A stretch of 64,000 nt of DNA from Eledone cirrhosa. Taxonomy: Eukaryota. The stretch is taken from positions 28,892,001-28,956,000 of the forward strand of contig OZ024744.1 in assembly GCA_964016885.1 (NCBI GenBank), written 5' to 3'. Positions 27,901 through 45,900 of the stretch are shown piece by piece (the stretch's first letter is position 1; every line of letters begins with the position of its first letter). Below the pieces are notes generated by a model that did no database searches, was not told the DNA's origin, and worked only from the letters and a program-made list of their open reading frames with translations. The position numbers and the translations under genes are program-made.

Positions 27901-30900
27901 ACACCAACATCACCAACAACACCACCAACAACACCAACAACACCACCAACAACAACACCACCAACAACACCAACAACACCACCAACACCAACAACACCAC
28001 CACCGCCACCAACACCAACAACAGCACCAACAACACCAACAACACCAACAACACCAACAACACCACCACCAACACCACCAACACCAACAACACTAACAAC
28101 ACCAACAACCCCAACAGCACCAACAACCCCAACACCAACACCAACACCACCAACACCACCATCACCACCAATACCACCAACACCAACAACACCACCACCA
28201 CCACCAACACCAACAACACCACCAACACCACCAACACCACCAACACCACCCACAACAACAACACCACCACCACCAAAACCAACACCAACACCAACACCAA
28301 CACCACCACCAACACCAACAACACCACCCCCACCACCACCAACACCAGCAACACCACCAGCACTAACACCAACAAGACTACCAACACCACATCCACCAAC
28401 AATACCAACAACACCAACACCACCAACAACACCACTAACAACAACACCACCAACAACACCAACACCACCAACAACACCAACACCACCACCACCACCAACA
28501 CCAACAACACCACCAAATCAAACAACACCAACAACACCAACACCATCACAAACACCAGCAACAACACCAACAACACCAACAACACCAACAACACCAACAA
28601 CCCCAACACCAACACCAGCATCACCACCAACACCACCACCACCAACAACACCACCAACACCACCAACACCACCAACATCAACAAAACCACCTCCACCAAC
28701 ACCAACACCACCACCAACACCAACAAAACCACCCCCACCACCACCAACACCGCAACACCACCAGCACCAACACCAACACCAACAACAACACCATCACCAA
28801 CACTAACAACACTACCAGCATCAACACCACCAACAACATCAACACCACCACCACCACCAACACCAACACCAACAACAACACCAACACCAACACCAACAAC
28901 ACCACCAACACCACATCCACAAACAACACCAACACCACCAACAACACCAACAGCACCACCAACACCAACACCACCAACAATACCAACACCACCACCACCA
29001 CCAACAGCACCACCAAAACCTACAACACCACCACCGCCACCAACACCAACAAAAACACCAACAAACAAACAACACCAACAAAACCACCACCAACACCACC
29101 ACCACCGCCACCAACACCACCAACACCACCACCACCGCCACCAACACCACCAACACCACCCCCAACACCACATCCACAAACAACACCACCACCACCAACA
29201 CCAACAGTACCACCAAAACCTACAACACCACCACCGCCACCAACACCAACAAAAACACCAACAAACCAACACCAACAAAACCACCACCAACACCACCACC
29301 AACACCACCAACACTAACAACACCAACAACACCAACAAACCCAACAACAACACCAACACCACCAACACCACCAACAACAACAACACCACCACCACCAACA
29401 CCAACAACACCACCAACACCACCAACACCACCACCAACAACAACACCACCAACAGCAACAGCACCAACACCGCCAGCACCACCAACACCACCAACACCAC
29501 CAACACCAACAACAACTCCTCCACCACCACCACCTACACCACCAACACCACCAACACCAACAGTACCACCAACGCCAACAACACCAACAAACCCAACACC
29601 AACACCACCACGAACACCAACACCAACAACAACACCTACACCAACACCAACAACATCACCAACACCACATCCACCAACAAAACCAACACCACCACCACCA
29701 CCACCAACACCAACAACACCACCAAAAACAACACCACCACCAACAATAAACAACATCACCAACAACACCACCACCGCCAACAACAGCACCAACAACACCA
29801 CCAACACCAACAACACCACCACCGCCACCAACACCAACTACAACACCAACAACACCAACATCACCAACAACACCACCACCAACACCATCACCACCGCAAC
29901 CAACACCACCAACACCACCACCAACACCACCAACACCAACAACACCAACAACACCAACAACCCCAACACCAACACCACCATCACCAACACAACCACAACC
30001 ACCAACAACAACAACACCACCAACTACACCAACACCACCAACATAAACAACACTAACAACACCAACAACCCCAACGCCAACACCAACACCACCAACACCA
30101 CCATCACCACCAACAACACCAACACAACCAACACCACCAACACCAAAATACCACCACCACCAACACCAACAACACAAATAACACCACCAACACCACCACC
30201 ACCAACACCAACACCAACACCAACACCACCACCAACACCAACAACACCACCAACACCACCACCAACACCAGCACCACCACCAGCAGCAACACCAACACCA
30301 ACACCAACAAGACCACCAACACCACATCCACCACCAACCCAACAACACCACCAACAACACCAACAACACCACCAACACCAACACCACCAACAACACCAAC
30401 ACCACCAACAGCACCAACACCACAACCACCACCACCAACACCAACAACACCACCACCGCTACCAATACCACCACCAACACCACCACCACCACCAGCAACA
30501 CCAACAACGCCACCAACACCAACAGCACCAACAACAACACCAACACCAACAACACCACCACCACCACCAACACCAACAACAACACCAACAACACCAACAA
30601 CACCACCGACAACATCACCACCACTGCCACCAACACCACCAGCACCACGACCAACACCACCAACACCAACAACACCAACAACACCAACAACCCCAACACG
30701 AACACCAACACCACCAACACCACGACCAACACCACCAACACCAACAACACCAACAACCCCACCACCGACACCAACGCCACCAACACCACCAACAACAATA
30801 ACACCACCACCACCAAAACCAACAACACCACCAACACCACCAACACCAACAACACCGCCAACACCACCAACACCACCAACAACAACAACACCACCACCAC

Positions 30901-33900
30901 CAACAACACCACCAATGCCAAAAACACCAACAACCCCAACCCCAACACCAACACCACCAGCAACACCAACACCAACGACAACACCTACACCAACACCAAC
31001 AACACCACCTACACCACATCCACCAAGAACACCAACACCACCAACAACACCAACAACACCATCAACAGCAACACCACCAACAACACCAACACCACCACCA
31101 CCACCAACACCAAAAACACCAACAACACCAACACAAACACCAACACCATTACCACCGCCACCAACACCACCACCAACACCACCAACACCACCAACAACAA
31201 CAACACCACCGCCACCAACACCACCAACACCACGACCAACACCACCAACACCAACAACACCAACAACCCCAAAACCACCATCACTACCAACACCACCAAC
31301 ACCACCAACACCACCAACAACACCACCACCACCAACACCAACAACACCACCAACACCACCAACACCACCAACAACAACAAAATGACCTCCACCAACACCA
31401 ACACCACCACCAACACCAACAAAACCACCCCCACCACCACCAACACCGCAACACCACCAGCACCAACACCAACACCAACAACAACACCATCACCAGCACT
31501 AACAACACTACCAGCATCAACACCACCAACAACATCAACACCACCACCACCACCAACACCAACACCAACAACAACACCAACACCAACACCAACAACACCA
31601 CCAACACCACATCCACAAACAACACCAACACAATCAACAACACCAACAACACCACCAACAATACCAACACCACCACCACGACCAACACCAACAGCACCAC
31701 CAAAACCTACAACACCACCACCACCACCAACACCAACAAAAACACCAACAACACCAACAATACCAACAAAACCACCACCAACACCACCACCACCGCCGCC
31801 AACACCACCAACACCACCCCCAACACCACCAACACTAACAACACCAACAACACCAACAACACCAAAAACCCCAACACCAACACCAACACCACCAACACCA
31901 CCAACAACAACACCACCACCACCAACACCAACAACACCACCAACACCACCAGCACAACCAACACCACCAACACCACCAACACCAACAACAACTCCTCCAC
32001 CACCACCAGCTACACCACCAACACCACCAACACCAACAGTACCACCAACACCAACAACACCAACAACCCCAACACCAACACCAACACCACCACCAACGCC
32101 AACAACAATACCTACACCAACACCAACAACACCACCAACACCAACACCACCTACAAAACCAACACCACCACCACCACCAACACCAACAACACCACCAAAA
32201 ACAGCACCACCACCAACAACAACAACATCACCAACAACACCACCACTGCCAACAACAGCACCAACAACACCACCAACACCAACAACACCACCACCGCCAC
32301 CAACACCAACTACAACACCAACAACACCAACATCACCAACAACACCACCACCAACACCATCACCACTGCAACCAACACCACCAACACCACCACCAACACC
32401 ACCAACACCAACTACACCAACAACAGCAACAACCCCAACACCAACACCACCAACACCACCATCACCACCAACACCACCAACACCACCAACACCACCATCA
32501 CCAACACAACCACCACCACCAACACCAACAACACCACCAACACCACCAACACCAGCAACACTAACAACACCAACAACCCCAACGCCAACACCAACACCAC
32601 CAACACCACCATCACCACCAACAACACCAACACAACCAACACCACCAACACCAACACCAACACCAACACCACCACCACCAACACCAACAACACCAACACC
32701 AACACCAACAAGACCACGAACACCACATCCACCAACACCACATCCACCAACAACACCAACAACACCAGCAACACCAACACCACCAACAACACCAACACCA
32801 CCAACAACACCAACACCACCACCACCAAAACCAACAACACCACCACCGCCACCAATACCACCAACAACACCAACACCACCACCGCCAACATCGCCACCAC
32901 CGCCACCAACATCACCAACACCAGGACCAACACCACCAACACCAACAACACCAACAACACCAACAACCCCAACACCAACACCAACACCAACAACACCACC
33001 AACAACAACAACACCACCACCACCACCAAAACCAACAACACCACCAACACCACAAACACCAACAACACCGCCAACAACACCAACACCACCAACAACAACA
33101 ACACCACCACCACCAACAGCACGAATACCACCAACACCACCAACAACACCACCACCACCAACACCACCAACAACAACAACACCACCTCCACCAACACCAA
33201 CACCACCACCAACACCAACAACACCACCAACACCACCACCAACACCAGCAACACCACCAGCACCAACACCAACACCAACAACAGCACCAACACCAGCACT
33301 AACTACACCACCAACACCAACACCACCAACAACATCAACACCAAAACCACCACCAACAACAACAACACCACCAACACCACCACCAACACCAGCAACACCA
33401 CCAGCACCAACACCAACACCCACAACAGCACCAACACCAGCACCAGCACTAACTACACCACCAACACCAACACCACCAACAACATCAACATCACCACCAC
33501 CACCAACACCAACAACACCACCAACAGCACATCCTCCAACAACACCAACACCACCAACAACACCAACAACAACACCAACACCAACACCAACAACACCACC
33601 AACAGCACATCCTCCAACAACACCAACACCACCAACAACACCAACAACATCACCAACACCAACACCACCAACAACACCAACACCACCACCACGACCAAAA
33701 CCAAAAGCACCACCAAAACCAACAACACCACCACCGCCACCAACACCAACAAAAACACCAACAACACCAACAACACCAACAAAACCACCACCAACACCAC
33801 CACCACAGCCACCAACACCACCAACACGACCACCAACACCACCAACACCAACCACACCAACAACACCAACAACCCCAACACCAACACCAACACCACCAAC

Positions 33901-36900
33901 AACACCACCAGCACCAACAACACCACCACCACCAACACCAACAACAACACCAACAACAATACCGCCAACATCATCACCACCACCACCAACTCCACCAACA
34001 CCACCACTAACACCACCAACACCACCAACACCACCAACCCCAACCCCAACATCACCCACACCACCAACACCACCAACACCACCAACACCACCAACACCAC
34101 CAACAACAACACCACCACCAGCAACACCAGCAACACCAGCAACACCTCCAACACCACCAACAGCACCAACACCACCAACAACAACAACAACACCACCACC
34201 ACCACCAACACCGCCAACACCACCAACAACAAAAACACCACCACCACCAACACCACGAACACCAACACAACCAACACCAACACCACCACCACCACCAACA
34301 CCAACAACAACAACAACAACAACACAACCAACACCACCACCACGGCCACCAACACCACCAACACCACCACCAACACCACCAACACCAACAACACCAACAA
34401 CGCCAACACCAACACCAGCACCACCACCAGCACCAACAACACCACCACCACCGCCACCAACACCACCAACAACACCAACAACCCCAACACCAACACCAAC
34501 ATCACCTCCACCAACACCACCAAGACGACGAACAACAACAACAACACCACGACCAACACCACGATCACCACCAACACCACCAACAACAACAACACCACCA
34601 CCCACAACACCAACAACACCACCATCACCACCAACACCACCAACAACAACAACACCACACCACCAACACCAACAACACCACCAACACCAACAACACCAAC
34701 AACACCACTACCAACAACATCACCACCTCCACTAACACCACCAACACCACCACCAACACCACCAACACCAACAGCACCAACAACACCACTACCAACAACA
34801 TCATCACCTCCACCAACACCACCAACACAACCACCAACACCACCAACACCAACAGCACCAACAACACCAACAAACCCAACACCAACACCAACACCACCAA
34901 CACCACCATCACCACCAACACCACCAACATCACCAACACCACCATCAACAACACAACCACCACCACCAACACCACCAACGCCACCATCACCACCAACACC
35001 ACCAACAACAACAACACCACACCACCAACACCAACAACACCACCAACACCAACAACACCAACAACACCACTACCAACAACATCACCACCTCCACTAACAC
35101 CACCAACACCACCACCAACACCACCAACACCAACAGCACCAACAACACCAACAACCCCAACACCAACACCAACACCACCAACACCACCATCACCACCAAC
35201 ACCACCAACACCACCAACACCACCAACACCACCATCAACAACACAACCACCACCACCAACACCAACAACACCACCAACACCACAAACACCACCAACGCCA
35301 CCAACACCACCTACACAACCAACACCAACACCACCACCACCAACAACAACAACAACAACAACAGCACCAACACCACCACCACGGCCACCAATACCACCAA
35401 CACCACCACCAACACCACCAACACCAACAACACAAACAACGCCAACACCAACACCAACACCAACACCACCACCAACACCACCAACACCACCAACAACACC
35501 ACCAACACCACCACCCACACCACCAACACCACCAACACCTCCAACACCACCACTAACAACAACTACACACCACCACCAAAAACAACACCACCAACACCAA
35601 CACCACCAACACCCATAACACAAGTAACACCAACACCTCCACCAGCATCCAACAACAACACCCCAACAACAACACCACCATCAACACTTCCACCAACAAC
35701 AACACACCAACACCAACAACAACACTACTACAGCAACACCACGGCCACCACCATCAACAACAACACCAACACCACCAACACCACCAACACCACCAACAAC
35801 ACCAACACTATCACCATCACCACCAACACCAACAAACACCACCACCATCACCACCAACACCACCAACTCCACCAACACCAACAACACCACCACCACAACA
35901 CCAACAACACCACCAACACCACCAACACCACCAACAACAACAAAACCACCACCACCAACACCAACACCAACAATACCACCAACACCACATCCACCAACAA
36001 CACCAACACCACCAACACCACCAACAACACCAACAACACCACCAACACCAACACCACCAACAACACCAACACCACCACCACCACCAACACCAACAACACC
36101 ACCAACGCCACCAACACCACCAACAACAACAACACCACCACCACCAACACCAACAACACTGCCAACACCACCAACACCACCAACACGACCAACAACAACA
36201 ACAACACCACGACCAACACCACCTTCACCACCAACACCACCAACAACAACAAAACCACCACCCACAACACCAACAACACCACCATCACCACCAACACCAT
36301 CAACAACAACAACACCACCACCACCAACACCAACAACACCACCAACACCAACAACACCAACAACAACACCACCAACACCACCACCAACACCACCAACACC
36401 ACCAACACCATCAACACCAACACTACCACCAACACCAACAACACCAACAACCCCAACACCAACACCAACACCACCACCAACACCAACACCAACAACACCA
36501 CCAACACCACATCCACCAACAACACCAACACCACCAACGACACCAACAACACTACCAACACCACCAACAACACCAACACCACCACCACCACCAACAACAA
36601 CAACACCTCCAACAACAACACCAACAACCCCAACACCAACACCAACGTCACCAACACCACCAACATCACAAACATCACAAACACCACAAACACCACCAAC
36701 AACAACACCACCACCAAAACGAACAACACCACCAACACCACCAACACCGCCAACAACAACATCATCACCACCACCAACACCAACAACACCGCCAACACCA
36801 CCAACACCACCAACACCACCAACAGCAACAGCACCACCACCATCAACACCAACAAAACCACCAACACCACCAACACCACCAACACGACCACACCAACACT

Positions 36901-39900
36901 ACCTCCAACACCAACAACACCAACAACCCCAACACCAACACCACCACCAACACCAACACCAACAACAACACCAACAACAACACCAACACCACATCCACCA
37001 ACAACACCACCAACACCAACACCACCAACACCAAAAACACCACCTTCAACAACACCACCAAAACCAACAAACCCACGACCGCCACCAACACCAACAACAA
37101 CACCAACAACACCAACAACACCAACAACACCACCACCAACACCACCACCACCGCCACCAACACCACCAACACCACCAGCAACACCACCAACACCAACAAC
37201 ACAAACAACACAAACAACCCCATCACCATCAACACCACCATCACCACCAACACCACCAACACCACCAACACCACCAACACCAACACAACCACCACCACCA
37301 ACACCAACATCACCAACACCACCAACACCACCAACAACAACACCACCACCACTAAAACAACCAACACCCCCTTCAACAACAACACCACCACCACCAACAC
37401 CAACAACACCAACAACACCACCACCACCAACACCACCAACACCAACACCACCACCAACAACAACACCAACACCAACACCAACAACACCAACACCACCACC
37501 AACAACAACACCACCACCAACAACACCAACAACACCAACAACCCCAACGCCAACACCAACACCACCGTCACCACCAGCACCAGCAGCACCACCAGCACCA
37601 ACACCAACACGAACAACAACACCAACACCAGCACTAACAACACCACCAACACCAACACCACCAACAGCATCAACACCACCATCACCACCAACAACAACAC
37701 CAACACTACCACCAACACCAACCACACCAACAAACCCAACACCAACACCAACAACACCACCAACACCAACACCAACACCAACACCACCACCACCACCAAC
37801 GCCACATCCACCAACAACACCAACACCACCAACAACACCAACAACACCACCAACACCAACACCACCAACAACACCAGCACCACCACCACCACCAACACCA
37901 ACAACAACACCACCTACACCAACAACACCACCGCCGCCACCAACAACACCAACAACACCAACAACCCCAACACCAACACCAACACCACCAACACCACCAA
38001 CACCACCAACACCACCAACAACAACACCACCACCACCAACAACACCAACAACACCACGAACACCACCAACACCACCAGCAACAACAACACCACCGCAACC
38101 AACAGCACCAACACCACCAACACCACCAACACCATCAACACCACCAACACCACCAACACCACCAACACCAACACTACGACCAACACCAACAACACCAACA
38201 ACCCCAACACCAACACCAACATCACCACCAACAACAACACCAACAACAACACCAACACCAACACCAACAACACCACCAACACCACAACCACTAACAACAC
38301 CAACAGCACCAACAACACCAACACTACCAGCAACACCACCACCGCCACCATCACCAACACCAACAACAACACCAACACCAACACCAACAACACCGCCAAC
38401 ACCACATCCACCAACACCAACACTACCAACAACACCAACAACACCACCAACACCAACAACACCAACAACACCAACACCAACACCACCACCACCAACACCA
38501 ACAACACCACCAAAACCAACAACACCACCACCGCCACAAACACCAACAACAACACCAACAACACCAACAACACTAACAAAACCACCACCAACACCACCAC
38601 CACCGCCACCAACACCACCAACACCACCACCAACACCACCAACACCAACCACACCAACAACACCAACAACCCCAACACCAACACCAACACCACCAACAAC
38701 ACCACCATCACCACCATCAACAAAAAAAACCAACAACACCAACAACCCCAACACCTACACCAACATCACCAGCACCACCAACACCAACAACACCACCAAC
38801 ACCAACAACACCACCTCCGCCACCAACACCACCAACAACACCAACACGACCACCACCACCACCAGCAACACCAACAACACCACCAACACCAACAACACCA
38901 ACAACACCAACAACACCACAACAACAACAACAACACCAACACCAAACCACCACCACCGCCACCAACACCACCAACACCAAGACCAAATCCACCAACGCCA
39001 ACAACACCAACATCACCAACAACGCCAAGACCAACACCAACACCACCAACACCACCCTCACCACCAACAACACCAACACCACCAACAACACCAACACCAC
39101 CAACACCACCAACAACACCACCACCTCCAACACCAACAACACCACCAACACCAACACCAACACCACCACCAACACCAACAACACCACCAACACCACCACC
39201 AACACCAGCAACACCACCAGCACCAACACCAACACGAACAGCAACACCAATACCAGCACTAACACCACCACCAACACCAACATCACCAACAACACCAACA
39301 ACATCAACAATCCCAACACCAACACCACCACCACCACCTACCCCAACACCAACACCAACACCACCAACACCACCAACAACAACACTACGAGCAACACCAA
39401 CAAAACCAACACCACCAACACCAACACCAACATCACCACCAACACCAACACCAACACCACCAACAACACCAACACCACCACCACCACCACCAACACCAAC
39501 AACACCACTAACAACAACACCACGACCACCAACAACACCACCAACAACACCAACATCACCAACAACAACACCACAGCTACCAACACCACCAACAACACTA
39601 CCAACACCAACAACACAACCACCGCCACCAACACCAACAACAACACCAACAACACCAACAACACCAACAACACCACCACCAACACCACCAACTCCACCAA
39701 CACCAACAACATCACCACCACAACACCAACAACACCACCAACACCACCAACACCACCAACAACAACAACACCACCACCATCAATACCACCAACACCACAT
39801 CCACCACGTCCACCAACAACACCAACACAACCAACAACACAAACAAGACCACCAACACCAACACCACCACCACCATCAACACCAACAACACCACCAAAAC

Positions 39901-42900
39901 CAACAACACCACCACCGCCACAAACACAACATCAACACCAACAACACCAACAACACCAACAAAACCACGACCACCACCACCACCAACACCAACACCAACA
40001 CTACCACCAACACCAACCACACCAACAAACCCAACACTAACACCAACAACACCACCAACACCAACACCAACAACAACACCAACACCAACACCACCACCAC
40101 CACCAACACCACATCCACCAACAACACCAACACCACCAACAACATCAACACCACCACCACCACCAACACCAACACCAACACTACCACCAACACCAACCAC
40201 ACCAACAAACCCAACACCAACACCACCACCAACACCAACACCAACAACAACACCAACACCAACACCACCACCACCACCAACACCACATCCACCAACAACA
40301 CCAACACCACCAACAACACCAACACCACCACCACCGCCAACAACACCACCAACACCACCAACACCACCAACACCACCAACACCACCAACACCACCAACAA
40401 CCACACCACAACCACCAACACCAACAACACCACCAACACCACCAACACCACCAACAACAACAACAACACCACCACCACCAACACAACCAACACTACCAAC
40501 ACCACCAACAACTACACCACCACCACCACCAACACCAACACTACCACCAACACCAACAGCACCAACAACCCCAACACCAACACCAACACCACCACCAACA
40601 CCAACACCAACACCAACAACACCACCAACATCAACACCTCCAACACCATCAACACCACCAACACCACCCCCACCACCACCAACACCAGCAACACCACCAC
40701 CACCAACACCAACAACAACACCAACACCAACAACACCACCAACACCACATCCACCAACAACACCAACACCACAACCACCACCAATGCCAACAACACCACC
40801 AACACCAACAACACCACCACCGCCACCAACACCAACAACAACGCCAACACCACCACCAACACCAACAACACCAACAACACCAACAACCCTAACACCAACA
40901 CCACCAACACCACCATCACCACCAACACCACCAACACCACCAACACCAACAACACCACCACCACCAACAACACCACCAACACCACCAACACCACCACCAA
41001 CAACAACACCACCAACACCAACACCAACACCAACACCACCACCAACACCAACAACACCACCCCCACCACCACCAACACCAGCAACACCACCAGCACCAAC
41101 ACCAACACCAACAACAACACCAACACCAGCACTAACAACACCGCCAACACCAACACCACCAACAACATCAACACCACCACCACCACCAACACCAACACCA
41201 ACAACAACACCTACACCAACACCAACAACACCACCAACACCACATCCACCAACAACACCAACAACACCACCAAAACCAACAACACCACCAACACCAACAC
41301 CACCAACATCACCAACACCACCACCAACAACACCAACACCACCACCACCACCACCAACACCGACATCACCAACAACACCAACAACCCCAGCGCCAACGCC
41401 AACATCACCAACACCACCAACACCACCAACACCACCAACACCACCAACACCAGCAACAACAACAACACCGCCACCAACACCAACACCAACACCAACAACA
41501 ACACCACCAACAACACCAACAACACCATCAACACCAACAACACCACCACCAACACCACCACCACCAACACCAACAACACTAACACCACCCCCACCAACAG
41601 CAACACCAACAACACCACCAACACCAACGCCAACAACACCACCACCACCACCAACACCAACAACACCACCACCAACACCAACAGCACCACATCACCAACA
41701 CCAACACCAACACCACCAACACCAACAACACCACCAACACCAACACCAACAACACCAACACCACCAACACCAACACCACCAACACCACCAACACCAACAC
41801 AAACACCAACAACACCACCAACACCAACGCCAACAACACCACCACCACCAACAACAACACCAACAACACCACCACCAACACCAACACCACCACATCACCA
41901 ACACCAACACCAACACGAAGACCACCAACAGCAACAACACCACCAACACCAACACCAACAACACCAACACCAAGACCAAATCCACCAACACCAACAACAC
42001 CAACATCTCCAACAACGCCAACACCACCACCAACACCAACAACACCACCAACACCACCACCAACACCAGCAACACCACCAGCACCAACACCAACACGAAC
42101 AGCAACACCAATACCAGCACTAACACCACCACCAACACCAACATCACCAACAACACCAACAACATCAACAATCCCAACACCAACACCACCACCACCACCT
42201 ACCCCAACACCAACACCAACACCACCAACACCACCAACAACAACACTACGAGCAACACCAACAAAACCAACACCACCAACACCAACACCAACATCACCAC
42301 CAACACCAACACCAACACCACCAACAACACCAACACCACCACCACCACCACCAACACCAACAACACCACTAACAACAACACCACCAACACCAACAACACC
42401 ACCAACACCACCACCAACACCAGCAACACCACCAGCACCAACACCAACACGAATAGCAACACCAATACCAGCACTAACACCACCGCCAACACCAACATCA
42501 CCAACAACACCAACAACATCAACAATCCCAACACCAACACCACCACCACCACCTACCCCAACACCAACACCAACACCACCAACACCACCACCAACAACAC
42601 TACGAGCAACACCAACAACACCAACACCACCAACACCAACATCACCACCAACACCAACACCAACACCACCAACAACACCAACACCACCACCACCACCAAC
42701 AACACCAACAACACCACTAACAACAACACCACCACCACCAACAACAACACCACCAACAACACCAACATCACCAACAACAACTCCACAGCCACCAACACCA
42801 CCACCAACACCACCAACTCCACCAACACCAACAACATCACCACCACAACACCAACAACACCACCAACACCACCAACACCACCAACAACAACAACACCACC

Positions 42901-45900
42901 ACCAACAATACCACCAACACCACATCCACCACATCCACCAACAACACCAACACAACCAACAACACCAACAAGACCACCAACACCAACACCACCAACAACA
43001 CCAACACCACCACCACCACCAACACCAACAACACCACCAAAACCAACAACACCACCACCGCCACTAAACACAACATCAACACCAACAACACCAACAACAC
43101 CAGCAAAACCACGACCAACACCACCACCACCGCCACCAACACCACCAACACCACCACCAACACCACCAACACCAACAACACCAACAACACGAACAACCCC
43201 AACACCAACACCAACATCACCAACACCACCAACAGCACCAACACCACCAACAACAACAACACCACCACCAAAACCAACAACACCACCAACAACAACAACA
43301 CCACCACCACCAACACCAACAACACCGCCAACACCACCAACACCATCAACACGACCAACAACAACAACAACACCACGACCAACACCACCATCACCACCAA
43401 CACCACCAACAACAACAACACCACCACCACCAACACCAACAACACCATCAACACCACCAACACCACCAACAACAACAACACCACCACCACCAACACCAAC
43501 AACACCACCAACACCACCAACACCAATAACACCAACAACAACACCACCACCACCACCACCAACACCACTAACACCAACAACACCAACAACACCACCACCA
43601 CCAACACCACCAACACCAACACCACCACCAACAACAACACCACCACCAACAACACCAACAACACCAACAACCCCAACACCAACACCAACACCACCAACAC
43701 CACCATCACCACCAACACCAGCAGCACCAACAGCACCAACACCAGCACTAACAACACCACCAACACCAACACCACCAAAAACATCAACACCACCACCACC
43801 ACCAACACCAACACCAACACTACCACCAACACCAACCACACCAACAAACCCAACACCAACACCAACACCACCACCAACACCAACACCAACACCAACAACA
43901 ACACCAACACCAACACCACCACCACCACCAACACCACATCCACCAACAACACCAACACCACCAACAACACCAACACCACCACCACCGCCAACAACACCAC
44001 CAACACCACCAACACCACCAACACCACCAACACCACCATCAACCACACCACCACCACCAACACCAACAACACCACCAACACAACCAACACTACCAACACC
44101 ACCAACAACTACACCACCACCACCACCAACACCAACACTACCACCAACACCAACAACACCAACAACCCCAACACCAACACCAACACTAACAACACCAACA
44201 CCAACACCACCAACACCAACACCACCAACACCACCAACACCAACACAAACACCAACAACACCACCACCAACACCAACGCCAACAACACCACCACCACCAC
44301 CAACACCAACAACACCACCACCAACACCAACACCACCACATCACCAACACCAACACCAACACCAACACCACCAACAGCAACAACACCACCAACACCAACA
44401 CCACCAACACCAACACCAACAACACCAACACCAACACCACCAACACCAACACCAACACCAACACCAACACCAACAACACCACCACCACCACCACCAACAC
44501 CAACGACACCACCAACACCAACACCAACAACACGACCACCAACAACAAAAACAACAACAACAACACCACCAACAACACCTGCAACACCAACAACACCAAC
44601 AACACCAACAACCCCAACGCCAACACCACCAACGCCAACACCACCAACACCAACACCAACACCACCAACACCACCAACACCAACGACACCACCACCAACA
44701 CCAACAACACCAACAACAACAACACCAACAATACCACCAACACCACCAACACCAACAACACCACCAACACCAACAACACCACCAACACCACCAACACCAA
44801 CAACACCACCAACACCAACACCGACAACACCAACAATAACACAACAACAACAACAACAACACCACCAACAACACCAACACCAACAACACCACCAACACCA
44901 ACACCACCACCAACACCAACACCAACAACAACACCAACATCAACACCAACAACACCACCACCACCAACACCACCAAAACCAACACCACCACCAACAACAA
45001 CACCACCACCAACAACACCAACAACACCAACAACCCCAACACCAACACCAACACCACCAACACCACCATCACCACCAACACCAGCAGCACCAACAGCACC
45101 AACACCAGCACTAACAACACCACCAACACCAACACCACCAAAAACATCAACACCACCACCACCACCAACACCAACACCAACACTACCACCAACACCAACC
45201 ACACCAACAAACCCAACACTAACACCAACAACACCACCAACACCAACACCAACAACAACACCAACACCAACACCACCACCACCACCAACACCACATCCAC
45301 CAACAACACCAACACCACCAACAACATCAACACCACCACCACCACCAACACCAACACCAACACTACCACCAACACCAACCACACCAACAAACCCAACACC
45401 AACACCAACACCACCAACAACACCAACACCAACACCAACAACAACACCAACACCAACACCACCACCACCACCAACACCACATCCACCAACAACACCAACA
45501 CCACCAACAACACCAACACCACCACCACCGCCAACAACACCACCAACACCACCAACACCACCAACACCACCAACACCACCATCAACCACACCACCACCAC
45601 CAACACCAACAACACCACCAACACCACCAACACCACCACCAACAACAACAACACCACCACCACCAACACAACCAACACTACCAACACCACCAACAACTAC
45701 ACCACCACCACCACCAACACCAACACTACCACCAACACCAACAACACCAACAACCCCAACACCAACACCAACACTAACAACACCAACACCAACACCACCA
45801 ACACCAACACCACCAACACCACCAACACCAACACAAACACCAACAACACCACCACCAACACCAACGCCAACAACACCACCACCACCACCAACACCAACAA